Both the position numbers and the translations under genes were made by a program. DNA of 64,000 bases, taken from the IMG/VR virus record IMGVR_UViG_3300027797_000021, positions 27,617-91,616 of that record; one strand, given 5' to 3'. Every line of letters starts with the position of its first letter. The stretch's first letter is position 1. This DNA is from a virus. The notes below the pieces were generated by a model. That model saw only the letters and a list, made by a program, of their open reading frames with translations. It ran no database searches and had not been told where the DNA came from. Positions 33,701 to 41,293 of this stretch are shown here, in pieces.

Positions 33701-35992
33701 AAAGTTTGATTCTAAAGACATAGATTTAATTCCATCTATATCTTTTATCAAAGGACTGTTAACAGAGCGCTCTATTCCGAATGAATTAAGAAGCCTATCC
33801 CAAAGTCCAGACGCTGTATCATTTAATATTTTTTCTTGATCACTTCTAAATGAGGTATTGTCCGGTAGAAATATTTTTGTTTGAGTTTCTGCTGGAGTAA
33901 ATAAAGTTATGTTACTTCCATCTCTCCATTGAGAAATTATGTTAGTTTCCAAGACGTCATTCCTAAAAGAGTTTAGATAAGTAAGTTGCACGTCTTCTGG
34001 CAGTACATTTATGTCAAAAATTTCAGATTGAGCTTCAAGTCCGGCAGCCGTTAATGCACCTTGATCGACCGCTGTATCAACAACCTTATTGTCAGAAGTT
34101 TTTATTAAGAAACTTTCATTGACATACCTATGCATTTCTCCGGCTGCTTTACCCATATACTGACGATACTTACCCCAGTGTATTGCCTGGTTGAAATCTT
34201 TTAACATTGGCAAGAAAGGCTTGTGATTAAAGTGGACCATTTCTAAATCGATAACAAGAGCAAATGGATAATTGGGAGCTGTTGCAATAGACATATTTGA
34301 AAGTCCAACGGCAGTAATGCCATGTACCGAATTTAGATAATCATTCTTAATCGGCAGGATCGGAGAATATTTGAATGCAGCTACTAGGCCTCTAAGCGAT
34401 GACAAGAATTTATCTATTTTTACTTCGTCATCTCCGCCATTTTTAAAGTCAATCTTAAAACTTTCATCTAGATTTAGCGTTGCCGCATCGGAGATTGATA
34501 AGCCCCATATCTCTTCATAATTGGGAAAGAACAACCTCATAGAAATAGTAGTTTCTTTATAGCCTGCGTTAAATTTAGGTGTGTTTTTCTGTCTGATTGC
34601 TCCACCTGTTAATGATCCTGTTTTAAAATTAGAATTTACGCTAATTGAAACTGGAGGAACATAAAAGTTAGCAGCTCCCAGCCTGAGATGAAATATATCT
34701 GGTTTTCTGGGTGGAATATTTTCTCTAAATGGGAAATCTACAAGTGCTTGTTTAATTCTTTGTGCGGTATTTTCTACTCTAAAAGCTAAGGTGAATATTG
34801 CTTCGCCACCTTTAGTAATTCCAAAAGCTTTTTCTAGTGAATCCATTGCGTCAGCTTCATTGTTCAATGTATCTTCTGCGCCACCACCCTTGCCATTATT
34901 CGAGTAGTCACCGACCGCGGCCAGTGCATCAAATACAAATGTAACTAAACTTGGGAAATAAAAATTAATTATAGAAAATGATATTGGATCTTTTTGAAGA
35001 TTATAAACTACTTCACTTAATATTGTTAGCCATGGCGTATCTATTTCAGGACTAGTATATTCATCCATTGACCTTTTGGCTGTTGCAACGCTCTGCAGTC
35101 TTTTCTTTGCAAAGTTGCTAATTTCATAAGCAAATGAGGCCAGCTGTAAAATTCCGCTTGACTCTAACCTAGCGTAGATGGATTTAGAAGTTCCAGTATC
35201 TAATTCTATCGGACCAGAGGCGCCTAAACCAAAAATTCTACTGGTTGCGCTTTTTGTCTTCTCATCAGCCTGAAACTCGGAGCCCCTGTTTGTCGAGAAG
35301 TATTTTTTTATTACTCCATCAACATCATTAGTTTGATTTATTGGATCACTGCCGTACACATTATGTAAAAATATTCTAAAGTCTGTTAGGTAATCCTTGG
35401 TGACTTCATCTTCTGTATTATTATCTTCTAGCTCTTTATCTTTTTCTGTTGTATTAATTTTTTCTTCTAGCTCAAGAGCAACTAGATCTTCATCAGTTAT
35501 TCCGTCTTCACCTATGTAACTTTTCCAGATATTAAGCCTGTCAATAATAATTGACTTAGCTGTTTCCATTGTGATTTTTTTTGCACTATAGCTGATTAAG
35601 TAGTAATTAAAAAACCAATTTAATGCTTCATCTGCTGATGGATTATCTAGAGTGGCAAATCCAAAATTAAATGCCCATGTCTGAAATGTCTCAGTTACAA
35701 ATAGTAAATTTGAATCTTTATCTAAAATTTCGCAGTTTGCCAAACGGAGTGTTGACAAATAGGCGTATTTATCGCCTGTATTTTTAAAATCATTATCACT
35801 TGCAAAAATAAGGGCCCTTCCACCTTGATTACTATCGTAACCAATTATTTCTGGGTAAGCTCCTGGTAGAGTCAGGAATGCATGCATCTGCCTTTCATTG
35901 AAGCCCCTAATATCTTCAATTGTTGAATTAATACGATTTTCATTTTCGGATAGATACTGTAAGACTATTTTTGCTATTGGATTAATTGCCAT
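24725..35992 (-). CDS. Giant multidomain baseplate hub protein with a C-terminal thermonuclease-like domain
   Basis: 3755 aa. Hub motifs LKPGVRLHLRGGYG...LFNGVITNV and GELTLVGNPDIRPHD...FEVEQVVHHF are gp27/gpD-like; the C-terminal KFKDGDTFDV...VRFDGMNTGE is SNase-like. Confidence 0.7.
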   Translation of the reverse strand: MAINPIAKIVLQYLSENENRINSTIEDIRGFNERQMHAFLTLPGAYPEIIGYDSNQGGRALIFASDNDFKNTGDKYAYLSTLRLANCEILDKDSNLLFVTETFQTWAFNFGFATLDNPSADEALNWFFNYYLISYSAKKITMETAKSIIIDRLNIWKSYIGEDGITDEDLVALELEEKINTTEKDKELEDNNTEDEVTKDYLTDFRIFLHNVYGSDPINQTNDVDGVIKKYFSTNRGSEFQADEKTKSATSRIFGLGASGPIELDTGTSKSIYARLESSGILQLASFAYEISNFAKKRLQSVATAKRSMDEYTSPEIDTPWLTILSEVVYNLQKDPISFSIINFYFPSLVTFVFDALAAVGDYSNNGKGGGAEDTLNNEADAMDSLEKAFGITKGGEAIFTLAFRVENTAQRIKQALVDFPFRENIPPRKPDIFHLRLGAANFYVPPVSISVNSNFKTGSLTGGAIRQKNTPKFNAGYKETTISMRLFFPNYEEIWGLSISDAATLNLDESFKIDFKNGGDDEVKIDKFLSSLRGLVAAFKYSPILPIKNDYLNSVHGITAVGLSNMSIATAPNYPFALVIDLEMVHFNHKPFLPMLKDFNQAIHWGKYRQYMGKAAGEMHRYVNESFLIKTSDNKVVDTAVDQGALTAAGLEAQSEIFDINVLPEDVQLTYLNSFRNDVLETNIISQWRDGSNITLFTPAETQTKIFLPDNTSFRSDQEKILNDTASGLWDRLLNSFGIERSVNSPLIKDIDGIKSMSLESNFPKGMKTFISQAVDSLTAGISTTDTKKKVYLYLAKSFVIANATRLDQEQQKWLLDYLGPDERVEVAGYFYQYSSTEESYFLYGVLTSDKSLNQIKYLFDLKAGESGSVLDILIDEEIVRQTKSAGVEPDREKVTQQVTELFQVNMYERFFTDGFVKNMMEATRLKDGDYHFNEWEVPMNRVDLDPKSAIVNGVSVSMGNNLAKLQIQMQDEPSYQYIGGKDSYINVSMTVFGEKELLKIRSVFDHVNGLARLEHSTGVIGFLGIKNIITALSGIKYVLPLNYKVDTIPNYPHVYSVQLSLVDFDIFQQQREKISSKQQKDLIDHFGTKRNPFLRMKQLWGSFNAYPDLPLGVKDKNGDIVGNLDPDFYFRSFEMFDRDIINNNTTQVDLAKAFTFDSSDHWARNTDGPRGAEAIERKIESVKNSIKDFMRRYSFTDAANVAAIESRRQTNQDLINEMIDYVNESGISIHNFIALFQQVTSEPDNNTINNYSKIALLTDYIFLASQSSEGSQIFEEFNGAPFVVGNVGITGSQTENIIAQVLASSHLAEEEFVSFDPDEVEFHKIINLLPLTNPEEQDANEIPAIMYSALGTHFGYINKDTGRFYLTIEGTNVRVESDGAKKFESNYTKDMQTPDIGCTNSLTGISGAQPLSAYQKAYDGSFNNHMEKMLNDVQYRDISGRMIRAFPTYMLWLIDEGGMFAGVKLFDNFYGLQSVIDFSVVSSEDLLGDTLILRVSNMYSKLTTRPSTDIFNAGNDDLNKDPLSAVDGISAILDRTLNIAKNIISGMRNDYVVDINNIRLKPGVRLHLRGGYGSNPNSLQTLFNGVITNVEEGEIVTITAQSDAIELGAVVNSTNKKGDSGKIDGGVDTGMYLSEPRDLMVRLLSMGASRVREAIARATLGTVFSENRFGIRHFGTILYEPLNEVERQRADGLRNVVTNAYSNVGQGDIGGAANAATFKLSTNVFSRNENAFFGNGGVMTSMGQLMSNFSSEVDLELYKRNIYPGNGTGFAQFLGGDLDDGWLTAASLVEGDGKTLAGQAYLENGTDRSWNRLIVEAQNESVSASAAIDSYVEGNKLISAEGRAGAVKNVLLGGLTAGIAAIPGVNVIAGIAGGGALMGLLRGRGGTNVFRTMGIIAPNADDDLSGFDEVSFRAQTYMRTVWDLFQMCARLLPNYIVAVRPFEDRSTIFYGKPHWLYTSGVVPVTTGFPSVRKANELNLPGYPKDRSPNDDIQTIMNNVNKQSNSLADYEAFKRSEELSDVMAGLAKDQASSTGEYAPTKSLTGKLLNFNSNLAKIRTSKDEDDNEIIISKLPISSGKVKMGFHLPVSTNPTTYAPLTPSYDHRQLDNLPVRFKYPYYTISETTVLDSKSYEVRDGGLFSEFAEFLSARNEVDTNDLDDLEQDQADMMERYKEAINSSSYTEGGATLAVNLIYFLQLESRFLQETEITVRPSSGILELDRPLGFTSLMDSISSSGVEFLNLDQTTVARMPLPSVSSLQKENYPLVGFTMINSTTAQKEENSDDFSFEYELNQQITYEEWGCPATATEEQFYIAMKWPYLPTTSDGPIPDASLSKFKDTYFPNEDLYGTASDYKKRRVLVFSPLTGRAVVCAPAYFMWGEDNDDEVAAVVSPDAAWYLGTFVSQFNEGANLIGELSESLPAWANLQSYDSNTLDMTIANSTYAQLEKASGLSTFPRDVDCLFAFVPDGTPLGVVAAEAAPAKRFYDTNDATAYIIGFGAYAINDNGDSNKFIASPKVFGPGDFGQPSVGDYFKIDADKDSSLEEYSAQNARVTTMNYEYGGNILKSGDNPGYFQAIIDKDYNALDKGKLYERLDAELYTTGDEDSGSGRVGFAAVYSPMDSTSVEARSFYDENYDPNVSVIAGNGRTLDQASDIWDQFRFGYHTYDSVKAIFTKTYGMDADSTDQFPPEFSRILGGNNVTSFQNFSQSNVTIPGLSATEGTGVDEIAILLGSDFFNSETQYGSNYGSTKSTPQDKKDAVEFITNNYIDYQSKGVQGDAGIIQYFNSVISKSLDGIRSNFFETQVINNALSISIENKDNPETAINLSEAVKTPKQLFLLMVGLFRQKLWSSGYGRAWLVLKPDRKRGAITSGGGGEDGQWSFKPIDKVFEAFINPYSQYAKDNSKFLKLLVSTKGEGSNSSTFIGGIDEDVSDFYNANIGPILGAIGDGLSSLLGMFKLSMMQMGYALSEVGNFSKQAHILNKVLNDSIYYSLGRPGTLLRAVDNPFTREYGEPVVEVRQPFQRIHYLSSFSHIISNQIQENLNNVSTVITAVSDGKNPVTVALDKGAPSERQTETTVETGLYYDNMVGSGFLGVLHPFMHPLETFRGYAKTLQGTPDELSARRVALSHLKESIKDIYGGELTLVGNPDIRPHDLVYLSDVYSRMYGIFEVEQVVHHFTSEMGYVTSITPNALVTVNDPSRWFMSTWLHSWLSMQNLRNDTRFYMDNIMASNSGINMGGNISVDALADSLSTQMIGGIQYTHGSSALMKDIMANQTALSLPDRARDEIARAGQAKVPGADTVIAVVGASLARAVPIVGQLAWKGWTWLRDNVLDQHGCYVQYLNKNGQPMDAGLSYNQGMVVGRYHTKALLPGILGARTKVKTPEGNAFIRSDDLLKSLGWQETEIKDLVRYTDYENALTHARVLSLSGLGPEKTALQTSLFKVIATVTKFKDGDTFDVEDVISGATFTVRFDGMNTGETNTMRVGEIPSEPGGDVNDPFGDTTNLTSTSTPGGRAKIYTQSKIANKVFVLRMKVSNSSSNDVIFEAQFEPGAAENRFENYTKDSFDGAEGKRALGTVWYYQPESVINQAKDFVRGCFVANQGKIIVPTVSDTGTDDDVSKKFFASVYEESPLYIKRSNIMKKIATLDIQYNPPLDLSAQSMANYGLTEEDFNRFYNNLVCFKVLETTYEKSNDWPTIFWDEYYEDGYPVTLNWELVVNNLATVYAKQLQVESQSVISAEESALIPRQVTLNPGT

Positions 35993-36001
35993 TATATTTT
36001 C

Positions 36002-36451
36002 CTACTTAAACATCATATTATTGCGAACAATAGTTCTAAGTCTATCACTTGAAGAATCTTTCATTGTAACAGAAGTATAATTATTCATTATACTAGACTT
36101 TGTTTCTTTCTTGAATGAATCTAGAGTAAAATTTTGCTTTTTTGTTTGCGGGTCTTTATTGTACCTAGCCTGCTGGTGTCTTTTGCCACTGTATCCGCTG
36201 CCATTCATCTGAAGACGCGTAGTTGGGGCGTCATCTAAGCCCTCTTTAGAGTATTTAATTTTATCAGATTTCCCTGATGCCTGTATTTTTTGGCGTGATT
36301 CGCCTACAACATTTTGGGTCGGACTCTTACTGGAAGCTATTTTTGCTGCATACTTGTTTGCTGTTAAGGATCTATGAGATGTGTCTTTGGGCTGTTTAGC
36401 AGCGGCGCTGAGCGCTTTGTTTTGGTCCTTGACATTTAAAATCATATACAT
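36002..36451 (-). CDS. Small basic (Lys-rich) hypothetical protein
   Basis: 149-aa ORF filling the gap between two giant genes on the same strand; low complexity and basic. Confidence 0.55.
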   Translation of the reverse strand: MYMILNVKDQNKALSAAAKQPKDTSHRSLTANKYAAKIASSKSPTQNVVGESRQKIQASGKSDKIKYSKEGLDDAPTTRLQMNGSGYSGKRHQQARYNKDPQTKKQNFTLDSFKKETKSSIMNNYTSVTMKDSSSDRLRTIVRNNMMFK

Positions 36452-36457
36452 TTAACC

Positions 36458-39400
36458 TTAATAAGATCGGGCCATCGATTGATATGGGTCTCTTGCCACA
36501 TCCGGGATTCTATTATACATAGTACTGTTAATGCTTCCATTAGTAAGTCCTGATGCTGCTGTACTAAATTTTTGTATTTGATCTCTATCCCCGAAAAGAG
36601 ATACCCTATAGTTCATTCCGGCAGTATATCCCTGACCTCTTGCCTGAGGGACCTCTGGAGATCTTCTTGGGTAGTCAGATTCGTAGGCGGATCCTCCTGG
36701 CAAAAGTGGTGGACCGGAAATGTCCTCCTGGGTATGGTCTTTCTTGTTTTGATACAAAAAGCTTGCTGCTATAGCCAATCCAGTACCTATTGCTGCGTTA
36801 CGGACATTCGACTTACCAAACTGTTCTGCTAGGTATTGTTTATTAATTCTCTTGTAGGCCGTTGCTGATGAGGTAGATTCCCCGTTACCCGATAGGTCCC
36901 TGAGTGTGTCGGCAACTATACTAGAGGTTTGATCTGTAATGTCGTCTGCAGTTCGAAGAATATTACTTGAAGCTAAATCTCCATTTAAGAAAGCTGCAGC
37001 TTCCTTGTCTGCTTGTGCAGTTTGTTCAAAAAGAGTCTTGCTTTTCAGGGCCGTAGCTATCCGCTGCTCTTCCATATTGGCTGCCCTCTCAGGGGCTTGA
37101 CCTTTTATGAGTGATGAAATCACGGAAGAATTATTACTTGTTCCAAAGAAGTCCTCTGCAAAATTCAAGTCTAATCCCTCATCTAGAATGCCAGCTTTTT
37201 GGGTATCAGAGATACCGCCAAAAATGTTATCGATATATTGTCTTAATTCCAGATTTCTGGTTTGTTTTTCATATATAGATTTTTCTTGTGAGATTTTCAT
37301 GTATCTTTGAAAAAGATTAGCACTTGTTCCATCTGGCCTCATAGATGAGTCTGGCAGTTTTGTAAAAAAATCTATATCTATATTCTTTTTTATTCCACTA
37401 TATTGAAGGGCGTTAGTCATTTCGTAACCAGATATACCCATTGACCTTTGTACGTCCTGCACTCCTTCTAAGAGCTTATCCCCTAATTGCATTTTTCTTA
37501 TTTCCATTTCTATCTTTGCCATTTCCCCTCCCCCATCTTTATCCATGATACTGCCTAAGTCTTGTATTGATTTTATCAACGCTGCATTTTCGTCTAGTAT
37601 TTTCTCTGAGGCAACCTGAGAACGCTGTGTAATCCTAGAAGCTAGTTCTTGCTCTCTAGATATTTGTGAGTTTGCACTTAACCTTCTCTTGGCATTCAGA
37701 TAATAATCGGAAGCATTGGCTATATCTACCATTTCCGAAACAGATCCCTTTGCTATAATTCCTTTAGCCCTTAAGAGTTGCTCTACTTGCTCAAATTGAT
37801 TAGATTGTGCAGCTGCGCTAATGTCTGATATGTCTGCATTGGGATCCGCCAATGCCATTCCCTCTGATAGGCTTTTAGCAAAAGTCACAAGATCAGTCTG
37901 ATTCATTTTTCCACTAGTTAAAAAAGCTTCATCGAGTACAAGGGCTTTGCGTTTATCCGATGGATCCATTCCATCAAGTTTGTGTTTTTGTCTTAAATAG
38001 CCAAACATTTTTCCATACTGCTCGATTGTAGCATTGCCCATTTCATTTAGGTTGGTACTCTCTCCATATATTGCCTTGAGCATTTGTTCAGATTGTATGG
38101 TGCCCATGCTTGCGGTCCGAGCTGTGTGCTGCATGAGTTGTCTACTCGAAGAAATGCTAGCGGGAAAAAGATTCATCTCGCCGGAAGTAAAAGTTTGAGT
38201 CATGTCAATGACACTTTCAGCGGAAGGGAAACCCATTAATAATTTCTTATTTAATAAATCCTGTTCTATACCGGGAACTGCGCCTAGCATATCTTCAATT
38301 TGCCTAAGACCGTGGCCGACTACAGTTGCTCTATTGACATATTGTCCAAGTATATTTTTATTTGCTATTGCTGAATCAATGCTTTTATTAATAAAAGTTT
38401 TACCATATAGAGCGGCTTTTTGTTCTGTGTTAAGTCCCAAGTTTTCAATTTCATCGTAAAATTTTTGAGATAAATCACTTATTGCTGCTCTGCTATCATC
38501 TAAATCTTTTCCACCTAAGTTTGAAAGATTTTTTCTTTGCGTTTCTAATTCTTTTACAATTTTACCTAATCCTGTTTTTTTCCTTGCATCTATTGTGTCA
38601 TCTAGATTTGAGAATATGCTAGATTCAAGTGGCATGTCAGCAATTTTTGCTTCTAACCTTTGGAATCCAAGTGACATTAACGCTGGATCTTCATTCCCTA
38701 GCGCAATTAGCTTTGTTGCAGAAAAGTTTTCTATTGTGTTTTCGCCAGATTTTAATACTCCAAGTTTTTCAAAAAAGTTTCTATTGAAATCTCGCATTCC
38801 AGTTCCGGCAATTCTTTCACCTGTAGTATCATCAAACTTAGCGCCACTCACCCTATCATTAACATCGATTGTCAATTGCTCTAGCATTCCCATTGTATTC
38901 GGATTAAAAAGATCGTCTGACATTCCAGTTCCATCAAGAGCGCTGGATAAAACTTTATACTTAGAATCTTCTTCAGCCATCTTACCTAAAGTATCCATAA
39001 AGAATCTATTTTTACCGAATACTTCACGATAGCTTTCTATATCATCAAATCTAGTGAGGCCAATAACTTCGCCCATTGAAGTAGGTTGGCGGACTATGGC
39101 AGCAGCTAGCTTGCGCTTACCTTCAGACATGTATGTACCAAGTATGGGTAATCCCTTGTCGTCTAAGTCGAAGCCACCAAGTGCGTGATAAAACTTTCTG
39201 ATATCTCCTTCACTAAAGAGAATATTATGATTAGACACTCTGATACGTGCAATATCTGCGGAAATTTCATTGCCAGCTTCACCTATTTTTATTGAAATTG
39301 GTTTTCCTGATAATATTTTTCTTCCAGTAGTTCCCGTCATTGCATTTGCTTCGGAGTTAAGAGCAAATCTATACACGTCACCAACGACTGGGAGCTTCTG

Positions 39401-41293
39401 CCCATTCTTGGTTTTGTACAACTCAGATTGATACCATTTAGATAATAGATTCATATATTCTGGAGAATCATTAATACTTATGCCGCTATTGTGGAGGTCT
39501 AAAATTCTTTGCTGGAAGTCTCTACTCATCATTTTTGAGAACTGCTGGTGTTCCATAAAGTCATCAATGTCTAGCTCTGCACCTTTTCTAATTGCTCTTA
39601 GGACCTCACTATCTTCCTTTAAGCGCCCGCTAGATAATACAGCCTGGAATTCATCCAGTACATTTTTCGAATGGGCTTTAGCTATTAGCTTATCTTCCTC
39701 GCTTCCAAAGGCTGCGTTATGAAAAGCTACTAACATTGGATCGGTATACACCCTAGAAGTAGCTTCGGCTAGTCCGCTGAAGTTTACGATTGGAGTTCCA
39801 GCTGCTATTCCTGTCTCTTTTTTTAGTCCACTGATTGCAGTAATAATTCCATATTTATCAAATCTATCTGAAAACTTTTTAAATTGAGCTGCCGTTTTAT
39901 AGGAATAATCTATTCCTCCAATTCGCACAGAACCTCTAACTGAACCTTGAGACAACCCTATAGCTTCTCCGTCTTTACCTATGCTTATCTCAGCTATCTG
40001 CCTTCTCAACTCAACCTTGCGAATCATTGATTGTTCGTCTCTATTTTGTGTAAGACCTAATAATTCCTCTTGTAGGTTTTCCCTTAATCTTTTCGCGTAC
40101 TTTACGTTCACTAGTGACGATCCATCTCGACCTTTTTCTAGTTCACTAAAGAGACCTTTGAGAACATTTTTAGTGTCCTTATCTGATTCATTTTTTAGTA
40201 AATTTTTTACTTGCTCGATACCATATCTTCCCTCTGCGGCATCTATGTCTCCAGTTCTAATGGCTTCGCTTATTAGATCCCTCAGTGAACTTTTTATTTC
40301 GGCAGATTTTGAACCAAGCTTTTTTGATGCAATTATTTCATCTAACACTTCATCAACATATTTATTTGCTTCTTGACGTGCTGTTCGGCCGCCTTCGTAT
40401 TCAAAGGATTCCCTTACATATGCTGCCACATCTTGTTGCTTAACTGATTTTCCTAATGATGTATCTCTACCAAAAGCTAGTGCCATTGTTTCGAACACAT
40501 TGTCAATATTCAGTGTCGCTTCAGATAACTGTTTCATTATCTGTTCAGAGCCAGCGCCCGTAGCACTAAGGGGGATCTTGGTACCCAGGAAGGACTGCAT
40601 AAGGTCACCCGATATGGATATTTCTCTTGGAGATAAAACTCCTTTTAATCTTTTTGGAAGCTTTGCAAATAACTTAGATAGGCCTTCGTTTCCGCCTTTT
40701 ATTGCTTCATCCAATTCCCCTGGAGTAAATAAAGGTTTTCCACTTTTTGACATTGTTTCAAGTGTTTCCTGCATTGATAGGACTCGATCACCTTGTCTAA
40801 GATTAAGGGCCATTGCTCCATCATCAGTAGGGAAAACTAATCCCGTTCCCTGTTCTTTCATTTTTTTCAAGAAATCTGGAATACTTTGAGATCCAACTTT
40901 TGCTTTATGGATTATAATTTGAGCACCGTATTGCTGATCTCCAGTAAATCCTAATTTTTTATTAATATCTTTTAATACTTGAGCGTAGTCTCTATATTCT
41001 GCGGGGCCAAGGGATCCTGGCGCAATATCCGCAAGTTCGGTCGCTCCAAAACCAGATAGATACTGCACAGCGTCTTCTAGTGAGTCAGTTACTAGCCGTG
41101 CTGATTGTCCCCGATTCAATCTTAGGGAGTCAACATAAGTTGATCTAAATTTTAGTTTTCCGTCAACCTCTACAGGCTCTATTAAACCCTTTTGACCAAA
41201 GTAAGTTTTACTTAAAGCTTGTTTAGCTAAAAGTATTTGCCTCTCCATTGGCATGGGAGATAGATAGGACGTGATTAATTCACTTAAAGCCAT
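36458..41293 (-). CDS. Large virion protein; candidate single-subunit two-barrel RNA polymerase
   Basis: 1611 aa with the ordered motifs RDGSSLVN, VR...YKTA...SGLKKE, ALGGFDLDDK and IVRQPTSMGE (see findings), plus a C-terminal hydrophobic segment. Confidence 0.5.
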   Translation of the reverse strand: MALSELITSYLSPMPMERQILLAKQALSKTYFGQKGLIEPVEVDGKLKFRSTYVDSLRLNRGQSARLVTDSLEDAVQYLSGFGATELADIAPGSLGPAEYRDYAQVLKDINKKLGFTGDQQYGAQIIIHKAKVGSQSIPDFLKKMKEQGTGLVFPTDDGAMALNLRQGDRVLSMQETLETMSKSGKPLFTPGELDEAIKGGNEGLSKLFAKLPKRLKGVLSPREISISGDLMQSFLGTKIPLSATGAGSEQIMKQLSEATLNIDNVFETMALAFGRDTSLGKSVKQQDVAAYVRESFEYEGGRTARQEANKYVDEVLDEIIASKKLGSKSAEIKSSLRDLISEAIRTGDIDAAEGRYGIEQVKNLLKNESDKDTKNVLKGLFSELEKGRDGSSLVNVKYAKRLRENLQEELLGLTQNRDEQSMIRKVELRRQIAEISIGKDGEAIGLSQGSVRGSVRIGGIDYSYKTAAQFKKFSDRFDKYGIITAISGLKKETGIAAGTPIVNFSGLAEATSRVYTDPMLVAFHNAAFGSEEDKLIAKAHSKNVLDEFQAVLSSGRLKEDSEVLRAIRKGAELDIDDFMEHQQFSKMMSRDFQQRILDLHNSGISINDSPEYMNLLSKWYQSELYKTKNGQKLPVVGDVYRFALNSEANAMTGTTGRKILSGKPISIKIGEAGNEISADIARIRVSNHNILFSEGDIRKFYHALGGFDLDDKGLPILGTYMSEGKRKLAAAIVRQPTSMGEVIGLTRFDDIESYREVFGKNRFFMDTLGKMAEEDSKYKVLSSALDGTGMSDDLFNPNTMGMLEQLTIDVNDRVSGAKFDDTTGERIAGTGMRDFNRNFFEKLGVLKSGENTIENFSATKLIALGNEDPALMSLGFQRLEAKIADMPLESSIFSNLDDTIDARKKTGLGKIVKELETQRKNLSNLGGKDLDDSRAAISDLSQKFYDEIENLGLNTEQKAALYGKTFINKSIDSAIANKNILGQYVNRATVVGHGLRQIEDMLGAVPGIEQDLLNKKLLMGFPSAESVIDMTQTFTSGEMNLFPASISSSRQLMQHTARTASMGTIQSEQMLKAIYGESTNLNEMGNATIEQYGKMFGYLRQKHKLDGMDPSDKRKALVLDEAFLTSGKMNQTDLVTFAKSLSEGMALADPNADISDISAAAQSNQFEQVEQLLRAKGIIAKGSVSEMVDIANASDYYLNAKRRLSANSQISREQELASRITQRSQVASEKILDENAALIKSIQDLGSIMDKDGGGEMAKIEMEIRKMQLGDKLLEGVQDVQRSMGISGYEMTNALQYSGIKKNIDIDFFTKLPDSSMRPDGTSANLFQRYMKISQEKSIYEKQTRNLELRQYIDNIFGGISDTQKAGILDEGLDLNFAEDFFGTSNNSSVISSLIKGQAPERAANMEEQRIATALKSKTLFEQTAQADKEAAAFLNGDLASSNILRTADDITDQTSSIVADTLRDLSGNGESTSSATAYKRINKQYLAEQFGKSNVRNAAIGTGLAIAASFLYQNKKDHTQEDISGPPLLPGGSAYESDYPRRSPEVPQARGQGYTAGMNYRVSLFGDRDQIQKFSTAASGLTNGSINSTMYNRIPDVARDPYQSMARSY

